From positions 115,632,001 through 115,696,000 of the forward strand of contig NC_087436.1 in the NCBI RefSeq assembly GCF_036321535.1: a stretch of DNA of 64,000 bases, in the 5' to 3' direction. Source of the stretch: Camelus dromedarius. Lineage: Eukaryota. Below, in pieces: positions 40,205-51,205 of the stretch. How positions within the stretch are numbered: position 1 is the stretch's first letter; every line of letters starts with the position of its first letter. The notes under the pieces are model-generated. The model had not been told where the DNA came from, made no database searches, and saw nothing but the letters and a program-made list of their open reading frames with translations. Both the position numbers and the translations under genes were made by a program.

Positions 40205-40334
40205 TTAAAAATAGCTGCTGAAGAGGGTGCAGAGAAAAAGGAACTCTCCTATACTGTTGGTGGGAATGCAGTTTGGTGCAGTCACTGTGGAAAACAGTAT
40301 GGAGATTCCTCAAAAATATAAAAATAGAATTACC
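40205..40334 (+). mobile_element. Short L1 ORF2 C-terminal fragment immediately 5' of the ORF1-bearing L1
   Basis: gagggtgcagagaaaaaggaactctcctatactgttggtgggaatgcagtttggtgcagtcactgtggaaaacagtatggagattcctc...atagaattacc. Confidence 0.9.
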
Positions 40335-41445
40335 GGAGTAGAGAAGCAAGACGGCAGAGTAGAAGGACGCTTGTAGCTCCCCCTCTCCCACAAATACACC
40401 AAAACTCACATCTACGGACCCACTCGGCCAACCAGAGCACCTGGCGAACTCCGACAGAACATCGCCCTCTTCGAAAGACAAAGACGCCAAAAATCTGATA
40501 GGAGAAACAGGAAAACAGAAAGAAGAAAAAACAAAACAGTGCAGGACCTGTCCTGCGGGGAGGGAGAGGCAAAGGAGGACTAGCGCTCCTTTGCTGGGTC
40601 TCCCCCCTCCAATGGAGAGGCCAACGGGATGGAGGGGGAGCCTCTGAGGCTCAGATTTTCCCTGAGCCCCCCTTGACTGACAGAACTAAGTTAAATGGGC
40701 ACAAAGTGTCCCTGCAACACCCAGCCAGAGATGCGAGCTGGCAGCTGGGGCTAGGACAGGCCGCTCGAGTTGGGTGGAAGACGGGGGTGGCTGCACTGAG
40801 GCAGCCTGGGGGGACTGCAGGGTGCTGCGTGCCATGGCTGGGAGGGGATACAGAGTAGAACAACCTCGGTCCCCCATAAATTGCAAAAAATGCAAAGCAA
40901 CAAGGCTGGTGTGCCCTGGGGGGGGAGGGGCATCATAGCCTTTGTCTCCTCAGACTTCTCACAAGAAGAGAGGTGGGGCCCAGCCACAGCCCCATCTCCT
41001 GTGTGCAGCACCCGAGCAGGGACGGGGCCGAGACCTGAATCCACACCAGGGGGCTCCATAACCTCCTAGGCAGGGCTGAGACTTGTTTACAGCCTGAGGC
41101 AGTTAGGATCTTTCTACCCTGGCACCTCAGACAACTCGTGCTGCCAAGACAAACAAGGAGCTGAGATTTGGCACAAAGCAAGTGCAGGGCCATTCCAAGG
41201 TCTTCCCTGAACCCACCTACAGAGCGCCAACCAGAGGCAGAGCAGGCAGCTGCACAGAGCACTGGAGCGACGAGTGCCTAGAAAGGGTGGGCAGACACCC
41301 GCCTTCCTGGCAGGAATGTAGCACCTGATCACGGTGCTTGGAGGGGGCGCGATCTGCCCACTTGCCTTGCCCAAGCGCAGCATCTGACTGTGGCATCAGG
41401 AGGGGGAGTGACCTGCCCACCCACTGGCCACAGTGTCAGAGAGAT
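40335..41445 (+). promoter_or_regulatory. L1 5' UTR internal Pol II promoter (GC/CpG-rich)
   Basis: ~1.1 kb GC-rich segment with retained CpGs directly upstream of ORF1; YY1-position motif reads caagacggca at 40347-40356. Confidence 0.75.
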
Positions 41446-42324
41446 ATGAGCAATATGAAGAAGCAGATGAACTATTCCCAATTAAAAGATCAAGAGAAAT
41501 CCGCTGAAAGCACGATCAAAGAAATAGACATTGATGGCCTACTAGATCAAGATTTCAAAAAAGGACTGATCAAAGTACTAAAGGAACTAAAAGAAATAGT
41601 GTTTAGAGATATAAAATATGTCAAAAATGAAATAGAAGCTATAAAGAAGAACCAAGTAGAATTAGTAAACTCATTTGCTGAGATGAGAGCTGATCTAAAG
41701 GCTGTGCAAAGCAGACTAGATAGTGCAGAGGAACGAATAAGTGACTTAGAAGACAGGACAACAGAAAGCACCCAATCAGAACAGCTGAGAGAAAAACAAA
41801 TTAAAAACAATGAAAACAATATAAGGAGCATATGGGATAATATAAAGCTTGCCAGTCTACACATAATAGGGGTTTCAGAACGGGAAGAAAGAACAAAGGG
41901 GATTGAAAAGGTATTTGAAGAAATCATGACTGAAAACTTCCCAAACCTAAAGAAGGAATCAGATATCCAAGTACAGGAGGCCCAGAGTGTCCCAAACAGA
42001 CCCACACCAAGACATATAATCAAGATGGCCAGAGTCAAGGATAAAGAAATGATCCTAAAGGTAGCGAGAGAAAAACAAAGAGTGAGTTGCAAGGGAACCC
42101 CCATAAGGCTCTCAGCTGATTTCTCTACACAGACACTACAGGCCAGAAGGGAGTGGCAAGATATATTGAAAGTTCTGAATGAAAAAAAGATGAAGATACT
42201 CTATCCAGCAAGGCTATCCTTTAGAATAGAAGGAGAGATAAAGAACTTCACAGACAAGCAAAAACTACAAGACTTCAGCAACACTAAACCCATGCTAAAA
42301 GAAATATTGACAGGTCTACTCTAA
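41446..42324 (+). CDS. LINE-1 ORF1p (RNA-binding nucleic-acid chaperone), open 292-codon frame
   Basis: First in-frame ATG at 41446 (alternative 41455) within ORF 41338..42324; coiled coil (RLDSAEERISDLEDR), RRM (LHIIGVSE, ENFPNL, PRHII), C-terminal motifs AREKQ, IRLSADFS, ARREW, YPARLSF. Confidence 0.9.
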   Translation: MSNMKKQMNYSQLKDQEKSAESTIKEIDIDGLLDQDFKKGLIKVLKELKEIVFRDIKYVKNEIEAIKKNQVELVNSFAEMRADLKAVQSRLDSAEERISDLEDRTTESTQSEQLREKQIKNNENNIRSIWDNIKLASLHIIGVSEREERTKGIEKVFEEIMTENFPNLKKESDIQVQEAQSVPNRPTPRHIIKMARVKDKEMILKVAREKQRVSCKGTPIRLSADFSTQTLQARREWQDILKVLNEKKMKILYPARLSFRIEGEIKNFTDKQKLQDFSNTKPMLKEILTGLL

Positions 42325-42467
42325 ATAGGAAAGAAGCAGGATGCTACAGAAATGAGAAACTCGTAACTGGAAAGGTGAAAACTACCATGAATTACAAATA
42401 GAACAAACACAAAATTGTAAAAGAAGACATCTAAATCATTAAGAGTGGGAGAGGGAAGCAAGGAAAA

Positions 42468-42835
42468 CCACTGTGGAAAACAGTATGGAGATTCCTCAAA
42501 AGACTAGGAATAGACTTACCATATGACCCAGGAATCCCGCTCCTGGGCATATATCCAGAAGGAACCCTACTTCAAAATGACATCTGTACCCCAATGTTCA
42601 TAGCAGCACTATTTACAATAGCCAAGACACGGAAACAGCCTAAATGTCCATCAACAGATGACTGAATAAAGAAGATGTGGTGTGTTTATACAATGGAATA
42701 CTATTCAGCCACAAAAAACGACAACATATGCCATTTGCAGCAACATGGATGTTCCTGGAGAATGTCATTCTAAGTGAAGTTAGCCAGAAAGAGAAAGAAA
42801 AATGCCATATGATATCATTCATATGTAGAATCTGA
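42468..42835 (+). pseudogene. L1 ORF2 extreme C-terminal remnant
   Basis: Translates [70 protein letters not shown]...; premature stop, 5' part missing. Confidence 0.9.
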
Positions 42836-44418
42836 AAAAAAAAGAAAGAATGGTAAAAGAAGACAATAATGAACTTATCTACGAAATAGAAACAGACTCA
42901 CATAGTAAACAAACTTATGGTTAATGGGGGGAAAAGGGGTGGGAAGGGATAAATTGAGAGTTCAAGATTTAAAGTCACCAACTACTTTATATAAAATAGC
43001 CAAAAAACAATTTTTTTTCTGTATAGCACAGGAAACTATATTCAATATCTTGTAGTAACCTGTAAAGAAAAAGAATATGAAAACAAATATATGTATATAT
43101 ATCTATGCATATGTACAACTGAAACATTGTGCTGTACTCCAGAAATTGACACATTGTAACTAACTATACTTTATTTATTTTTTAAGTAACTTTGGCCCTT
43201 AATGGAACACCATTTAGTTTTCTACAAAATTGTCTTGCAGGAGAGCATCCTTGCCATCTGTATTCTTGAGCTATTTCAACATTAGGATCTATCTTACAGA
43301 CAACAGTAATCACACTGATGTAGTCAAGAAAAAAGTACATTCCATGCATTTTACCCAATGCTCTTCACAATGCTAATTTCTTTGTCCCACAGAGATAATG
43401 TTTCAGAATCATGTCTGGTGTGATTTTTGCTCTTTTTATTTTCATGCTGTTCTGATTGTTTAAAAAAATCTTTTTAAGCAATAGAAACTACAATACTCCC
43501 TCAGTCTTCTTTAGCTTCATATATGTTACTTATTTTAGAGAATTAGCCTCACCTCCCAGTGCATGTTTGCTGAATGCGTGTGTGTTAACGTTAATTCACT
43601 AAGCCATTGCTTCTCTCTTGATTTCCTGTGGCTCATGCTTACTTGAGTGGAGACTTTCAACCTTCTGATCTCCTGGGGGGCTTGCATTTCCACACAGAAA
43701 AATGTCTACATGAAATAGGGTTCACTCTTTCTTTTAGCCTTATATTTTCCCCAATGAAAGTCAACGTATGGGATTCAAATATTTCCCATTTCCTGCCCCA
43801 AGGCAGGAGTCTCAGAACTGCATTTTGTTTGTTTAATTCTCATGGCCAAAGAGACGTGGCGATAGGAAAGGATGCATTGAGAGCCAAAGCTCCCTCCAAG
43901 CCCCTCCTCTGCTTGCATTCGTTGCTAGGTTTCCTGGAGTTGGGAACCTCAAAAAGCTGATCAAGCACCCTGCACTTCAGAGTACTCATCTGTTAATGGA
44001 GAATGTTGTTAGTACTCATCGGATTTTTGTGAAAGAAGAAATGAGGTTACTACATTAAAAAAAAAATGACATTTGTCTTAAGGTAAGTGTTCAATAAGCC
44101 CTCATTATTGTTGTTATTATTTCAACATTAATATTAAGGGACAAGCTAGGCTGCAGGATGTGTGGGGGGCACACAGAAGAAAGTAAAAGTGGCATGGGGT
44201 GGGGTGGTGAGACAGGATGGAGAGTCATGGAGGGTTTTGGGCTAGTCATCAAGGGACACATGGAATCCTGTATTACTCACCTGGCACATCCAACTTTAGG
44301 GGTGGACAGATTTTAAAGATGAACTTGGCAGCAATACTTTCATACCATGATAAAAATAACAAATTCTATGACACCAACAGCAACAACAAAATTTAGAAAC
44401 TGAAGTTGTGTAAGGAAG

Positions 44419-44673
44419 TGTTACCAGTGAGTAAGTTCTTGTCTTATCAGAAAGAATGCAGAGAGGAAACACAGAAGTCAAGGCAGCAAAGTGAGGATTT
44501 ATTAAGTGACAGTACACTCTCAAGGGGAGAGCAGGCAGACTCAGGTGAGTAGCTGCCCTGTTTCTTTGTCAAGCTGGTTATACAGGGTGTAAAAATGAAT
44601 GGGCAGAATATTCATTCAGGAAGGAGGGTTTTGGGATTTTATTCCCTGATTTTCACCCCAGCTCCTTTCATCC
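44419..44673 (-). mobile_element. ERV1-type LTR, 3' part only
   Basis: tgttaccagtgagtaagttcttgtc...aagaat...ggatttattaagtgacagtacactctcaaggggagagcaggcagactcaggtgag (antisense LTR end with AATAAA on minus). Confidence 0.7.
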
Positions 44674-45702
44674 TAGCATCCAAAGTTCATTTGTGTCCTT
44701 TTTTTAGATTCTACATCTAAGTGATATCTTAATAGTAATTCTATCAAAAAAAAAAAAAAGAAGCCAAGAATTATTGTCAGCTAGGATATGATCATTATTG
44801 AATTCTTAGCTATAACAGTATCAAAATTTTGCCAAAACTTCAGCCACAGTTTTTTTTTAATTAACATATATTTCCTGTTTTCTGTACACTAAAAACTGTA
44901 ATTTTTGCATACTTTCATGGAAGTTTTTGGATAATATACTCTCTAATTTTAGACAAAAGGGAAATAAGTCTCAGGAAACATGATCTACCCAAAGACACTC
45001 AACAAAATTTGTTTCAAATCCAGGCCTGATATTCCTAAGTTGTACAATGTCAGTCCTAACAATATTTACCAAAATTACCGGTGACTAAATACACTGTGCG
45101 ATGTTAAGAAGTTTTCTGTTAAGAGAATGTTTCCAGAACCAAATAAATTTGCAAAATTGTGCAACCACATACGCACAGCTCTGAGATATCCTGGAGAAAG
45201 CACCATCTTTAAATATCCATCACTCCTCAGACCTACTTGATTACGAAGTCCTGCTCTCATGAGATAGCTATTAACACTACCTGGCACACCAGTGGGAATA
45301 TAAGCAAAAGTGTAAGATTTCACTATTTTAGTGCAGATTACAGCACACCCCCAGTCAGTGGCTTTCTGACAAGGGTGGTAAGCTAGCAAGTTATTTTTAA
45401 CTTTCAGAATCTCTGGTAAAGAAGTTGAAGTTCAGAGTCAAGCTCCTCTTCCATTAGGGCAAAAGGATACTCATCAGATGCTCCAGACAAAGTCTGTGGG
45501 TCAAGACCCAACACAGTGGGGTAAGTGGGTCTCAGATGGCGTGGGGTACAGGTCCTCAAGGATCCTAACTGCTTAACTGCTACTGAGGCTGAAATGGCTG
45601 TGCTGAACCTGCATCTCAGATGGGCTGGAGGGGCTAGATTCAAGCCTCTGTGTCTTATTCTGGTTTTCAAGTTCTCCGTTTGTAAAAGGGTAATGATACT
45701 CC

Positions 45703-46234
45703 TGCGGTGCTTTTAAAATAAGTCTGCAAATCCTTTGACACTCATTCCATGGACAAGCAGGTTCCATATCCACCATCCTGGAATCTGAGCCAAGGTTGGT
45801 GTTTATAACCAATGTAATGGAACAGAAGTGACGCTACGTGACTTCTGAGGCCAGGTCAAAAGGACACGAAGCTTCCTCCTGTTCCTCTTGGGGACTTGCT
45901 CTGGGGGAACAGGCTACCATGGAAGAAGTCCAGCTACACTGAAGCCAACATCCCAGAGAAGCATCATGTATGTTTTCTGTTAAACTTCTCAGCTGTACTT
46001 CCAGTTTGACAGCCCGTGTTAACTGTGAGCCACGCAAGTGAGCCACCCTGAATGTCCAGCCCGTTTCAGTTTTCATATGACTCTAACCACAGCCGACAGC
46101 TGAGTGACCTCAGAGGCGAGCCTTTCCTACACTAAGTCCATCTCTCATTACAAATCACAAAACGGTGAATCAAATGAGATGGCTGTGTTTAGGCCTCCAA
46201 GTTTTTAGTGTGCATAGCAGTAGTAACTGAAACA
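45703..46234 (+). mobile_element. MLT1F/G/H-like solo LTR inserted in a MIR
   Basis: caaatcctttgacactc, cagaagtgacgctacgtgacttctgaggccaggtcaaaag, gtgagccaccctgaatgtccagccc, ends agtagtaactgaaaca; MIR halves on both sides. Confidence 0.85.
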
Positions 46235-46556
46235 AAGTTGTTTTAAGAATTAAATGAGATAATAGACTTAGAACAGTGAGTACAGAGGCCATTGCTCAAT
46301 ACAACGTATGTTATCAATACATCTACCTCAAGATGCTCCTCTGCTCACCAACCAACAGGCCAGTCCTCAGGAGAAAGGATTGTTTTACCATCTACATAGT
46401 CTGGTAGGTTAGAATTTATCTAATTAGTCACAAGTGATTTCCTGAAAAAGTTAATTATATTAAAATAAAAGTACTTAATTTTCTATTTATTCTATTATTT
46501 ATTGAAAATGAAGCAGAGGAACAATAAAATAGGATAGACTTACTTGGTTTATGGAG

Positions 46557-46778
46557 CAGAATTCCTCAGCCTTGGCACTACCTACATCTTGGGCTGGATA
46601 ATTTTTTGTTATGGGGGTGGGGCCGTCCTGTACATTGTTGGACGGTTACCAACAGCCCTGGCCTCTATTACTACATGCCAGTAGCAACCCTCCCCCCGAC
46701 AATTATACAAGCAAAATGTCTCCAGACTTTGCCAAGTGTCCTTCGAGGGGCAAAATTTGCCCCCATTGAGAACCACCG
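46557..46778 (+). mobile_element. MER20 (hAT-Charlie) DNA transposon
   Basis: ctcagccttggcactac...gggctggataattttttgtt...aaaatgtctccagactttgccaagtgtcc...gcaaaatttgcccccattgagaaccac. Confidence 0.9.
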
Positions 46779-49539
46779 GTATAGACAGCTATGCTTCAGG
46801 TAGTAGTCCTGAGGAGAGGGTTTACATGGGTCTTCTAAGTTGAAACTGGCTTTATTCACAAAGGCAGAAGGTAAAGCAGGTCTCTAGTATCTAAGGGGGT
46901 GTATCTCCTGTGAAATTCACGGTGGAATTAAACAATTGTAAGTGTTTGGTAGGTACCCTTGCCCAGCCCTTTCCCTGGGAGACTGGAGACAGTAGTGGGA
47001 GAGACAGGCTTCTGTCCCTTTTCCTGGGACCGGGAACATCAAAGGCAGAGTTGCTCAGACGACAGACCGCAGCCGAGGTGGGGTCAGCATGAGGACAAGC
47101 CAGAGGACATAGAAAGGTTTTAACAGAAAGCAAAGTAGCCAAAAATAGGTCATTGCAGGGGTTCACAGAGGGAGAGACCAATTACCAAGGTCAGGTACAG
47201 CTATCCAGGCTGTGTTGAGTACACAAGAGGTGTGTCATTCATTTTCATTTGGAAAGCTGTGTACTGGTTAAAACTATAGTATGGGACAATACGTACACAG
47301 TCAGAAAAATATTATTGATATTGATATGTAAAAAAACACCTGTGAAAAATATTCTCCATGAGATTAGCCATGTCTAAAATATGTATATAATGTAAAGATG
47401 TAATATGTGTATGTGTGACAAATACAGGTACATAGAAAACATAACTGTACAGCTATATAATGCAAAAGTGGTGATTTCTGAATATGAGTTCCTTTAAAAT
47501 TGTATTCCTTAGAGTTTTTTCTGTTTTTCCAATATTTCTGCATCTAATCATTTCCTTTTCGCTAAAAGTATACTTTAGGTGATAAAAAATATTAGCAAGA
47601 ATTGAGTTATAGGCTGTGCTGGTGTCTGGGACAATCAAAGTGGTGTCACAGAATGAATAAGAATAGGAGATGCTTGTCTGATCATCAGGAATTTTAAAGA
47701 CAAGAAGGCAAATGCCAAGTGACCCTTGATCCCTGATTATTTTCTCTGTAAATTCTTTGTCCTCTTAGTTGCGTACTGTAACCATACAGGACATAAATTC
47801 AAAGGGACAATCAAATTAATCAGAAAGTGGCTAAATTTGACTTTTTTAAATCTATAGGCTAGTTTATTTGCGTGTTTGTTTGTTTCTTTCTTTTTCTTTC
47901 AACTAGCTATGCTCCATGAAGGGAACATTTTATTTATTAAATAAATTCTAAAGTTATTAAATAAAGCTAGAAATGGGCCATCTTCTCTAACCCTCACAGC
48001 CTTGCTTGTGGGCTCTTAGTTTACTCATTTTGAAAATTAGAAAATAAATGGGAATACCTTGTTTTAATTACACTGCTAGTAAGTGTCAGAGTCAGTATTT
48101 GGACCAAGTTTTGCCTGAATTAAAATCCCTGTCTTTGTCCACTATATTGTGTTGCCTCCTATGTTAAAAACAAATAAACAAACAGCAAACAAACAAACAA
48201 AAAAACGTGTCCTGAAAGTATTTATGCATTTTCAACCTCTTCTAGGGAGGAAAAAAATGTTTTTTCTCTGTCGTCCTTTAAGCCCAATGACATGCTTCAA
48301 ATTTTATTTCCTTCCCTCTAGCCTTTTAAAGAGCCAATTAAGGGAGCCCAGCGCCAATGGGTTTAGCATTTCAGCACAGCCTACTCATCTAATCTGCAAA
48401 CTCCATCACTGCAGAGAGTGAAAGTCATCAAATTTCATTTCTTATCACATTAGTTTAGAAAGATGTTTTCCCCTCTTACCAGTCAAATTGTCTTTTACAT
48501 TGTAAACTGTTTCTATTTTTCAACAATTACATTACAATGTGTTCAATTTTAACCGCCCGGCTGCTCAATCCTTTGTGAACCCAAATAAAGAAATAGTTAT
48601 ATAATCAAGAAACATCAAAAAGTGAATAAAAAGCAACTATTGCTTCAGATGACTTTCAGTTTGCTGAGGACACAAAAGCAATTTAACATTTTATTTTTTA
48701 TATGTATTATTGCATTATTCTTTTGTTTACCTTGTAACAAGTAGCAGGCTGACAACATCTGTCTCCCTCCCACAATTTAATTACATATTCCATGTCTTTA
48801 TTCCTGCTTGGCAATGTCTCTGCTTGCCTGGATCTACCTAATCCGCCACTTCCAAGTTCACATCGCATGATTTTTGTAATTAAGTGAGCGGCAAGTTCGC
48901 TACCTCCATCCCTAAATTGAACATTTCATAGTTTTAAAGCACCTCTAATAAACTTCTTTGAGTCTGAATCCCCATTAGTTCCCCATCTTCCCCTGATGAC
49001 TCAATTATCTCCTCAGGGGAGAATCTGTTCAATACTAAGAATTACCTTTCCTCCATAGAGGGGGGACTTGAAACAATGACTCTAAAACCATCTTTTTTTC
49101 ACTCTATGTCTTCAATGAATAATTTATATTTGTGACAATCTGTTTTCTCTTTCCTGACTCTTAGTTTTGAAAACCATAGAAAGGGTCTATTCCTCCCCCC
49201 ACCCCCATCTCATTACCTTCCACATTGAATACTGAATGCCACCTAGGGTCCCATCTGTCCCTTTGATTCACCTTCATTCACAGTAAGAAAAGAAGTAACT
49301 AACTTTCCCCTTATTGTTTCAGTGTTTTTCTTTTCCTATTCAAATATTTGTTATTCATTAAAATCCACAGACGCTTCCAAGAAAAATCACAGAACATTTT
49401 TTTCCTTTAGCATTCACTTTTCCTAATAGGAAAATGTATAATGAAAATTATACAAAAGAAAATGCAGAAAAGAATATATGCAATCTGCTCTAAACTCCAC
49501 CATTATTAGATGACTCATGTGGTATACAATTGTATAAAC

Positions 49540-49935
49540 AGAGGAAAATGATGGAGAGACAGTGAAAAGATCAGTGGTTGCCAAGGGTGGTGGGGAGGGA
49601 TGAGTAGGTGGGGCGCAGAGGATTTTTACAGCAGTGAAAATATTCTATATGATATTATAATCATGAATACATGCCATTATGTATTTGTCCAAACCCGTAG
49701 AATGTACATCAACAAAAGTGAACTCTAATGTGAACAAAGGACTATCGGTGATTATGATCTATCAGTGTAGGTTCATCAATCATAACAAATGGACCACCAC
49801 CACCAAATGGACCACAACCATGCCAATAATGGAGAAGGCTTGGTATATGCAGGGGCAGGGGGCATATGAGAAATCTCTGCAGCTCACCCTCAATTTTAAT
49901 ATGAACCTAAAAGTGCTTTAAAAAATAAAGTACTT
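49540..49935 (+). mobile_element. L1MC1/2-like 3' UTR
   Basis: gacagtgaaaagatcagtggttgccaaggg, tttgtccaaacccgtagaatgtaca, tcagtgtaggttcatcaat, tgaacctaaaagtgctttaaaaaataaag. Confidence 0.9.
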
Positions 49936-50689
49936 TTTAAAATATACAGAACGCACATGCAGCACTATTCAAAACTCTAAAGAGATGAAAAGTGACATAA
50001 AATAAAATAGTTTTCAAGAGAAAGATGGAAAGTATCACATGACGTACAATGCATTTGAAGTCGTCTTTATTTTAAGTGCAAATGATATATCATCCATTTA
50101 CTATTTTATTACATATTTCAAAAATCCGGTAGGTGACATACATTGCTGAAGATCTTTTAAAAATTTACTATAAACAGAGTGGGTTGCTGAGAGATTTCTT
50201 GGATTTGAGTTGAGGGGTCAATCAGCTTTAAAAGAGCAGAATTGTGGTGGCGTATGCTCTCTATTTAATGAGCTTGTACCAGATGCCAGACACTGGGTTA
50301 GCGCAGGGGCTACACAAAGACTCCTATGACATGCCTTCTGCTCCAGAGCAGCTCATGGTCCAACTGAGGAGAGGCAGTAAGATAATGAATATGGTACAAA
50401 GAAATACATTCTGTGGTAGTACACCAACAGCCTATGTTTTAGATACAAGAAGAGCTTCTATTTAAACCTCTTTTTCTCATGCATGTATTGTTGGCTTATG
50501 TCTATGTTGGTATAAAGAATTGAAAATTATTATACTTCCCTATTATATCATTTAAATAGAAGTGTTTCTTACAATAGGTCTATATGTTCTCTAGAATGGA
50601 CCTTGGATTTGGCGGCCCATTCATGCTCTCCCAAACCCAATCTGATGATTAATAATTCTGTAAAATTGAATATTTATTTTTTCAATCTT

Positions 50690-51205
50690 TGATTATTATT
50701 ACATCCTTCTGCTCAAAACCCGCATTAGTTTCCCATTGCTAGTAATATGCCCAAGTCTTAGGCAGGCATTCAATCCTCTAAAATTCTGGTTCACTCTTCC
50801 TTTTTTCAAACGTATTTTTCACTCCTGTCTCTCCTGAGCCCTGTTATTTCGTTGAAACAGAACTTTTCTTGTGTTCTGTCCATGCTCAGTTCTTTTCTTC
50901 CTGTCTTCTCGCTTTTCCCTCTCTCTGGTATATATCACTTTATAACCACATACCCATGTGACTCCCACCCTTGGCTTGACCAACCGCAGTGCCCAGTTCT
51001 CTCAGCTGGGGGTGGTTGCTTCCACTGAAATCTCATGGCACTTGAATGGGGGTCCTATAGATGGCGCTACAGCTCTCTGGGGCATGAACTTCACCTCCCA
51101 TGATAGACAACGAGATTCTTGAGAGAAGGGCCTGATTTATTGCTGCCTCTTCGTCACTGCCACGCATCCAACTGGGGCTCGTGCTGAATGAGAGAATGAA
51201 TTAAT
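50690..51205 (+). mobile_element. L2 3' region, decayed
   Basis: ccttctgctcaaaacccgcattagtttcccattgc, aggcattcaa, tagacaacgagattcttgagagaaggg, tgctgaatgagagaatgaat. Confidence 0.55.

Larger units (their letters stand above)
40335..43170 (+). mobile_element. Relatively young LINE-1 with 5' UTR, ORF1, partial spacer, ORF2 tail and 3' UTR; endonuclease and RT domains absent (HAL1-like, non-autonomous)
   Basis: 5' end ggagtagagaagcaagacggcagagtagaaggac; GC-rich UTR; open ORF1; at 42468 jumps to [19 protein letters not shown] ORF2 end; 3' UTR ends gacacattgtaactaactatactt. Confidence 0.93.

Noticed and set aside
40330..41420. Overlapping short ORFs in the L1 5' UTR (ORF0-like candidates)
   Set aside because: Expected in GC-rich stop-poor sequence; no recognisable similarity to primate ORF0
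41338..41445. 36-aa N-terminal extension of ORF1 in the ORF track
   Set aside because: Begins at TTG in the GC-rich 5' UTR; ORF1-like sequence starts at ATG 41446 or 41455
40335..41445. CpG-island-like segment as a host gene promoter
   Set aside because: Fully explained as the L1 5' UTR
41547..42104. 185-aa antisense ORF
   Set aside because: Lies wholly opposite L1 ORF1; a Ser/Leu/Phe-rich shadow frame of the A-rich coding strand
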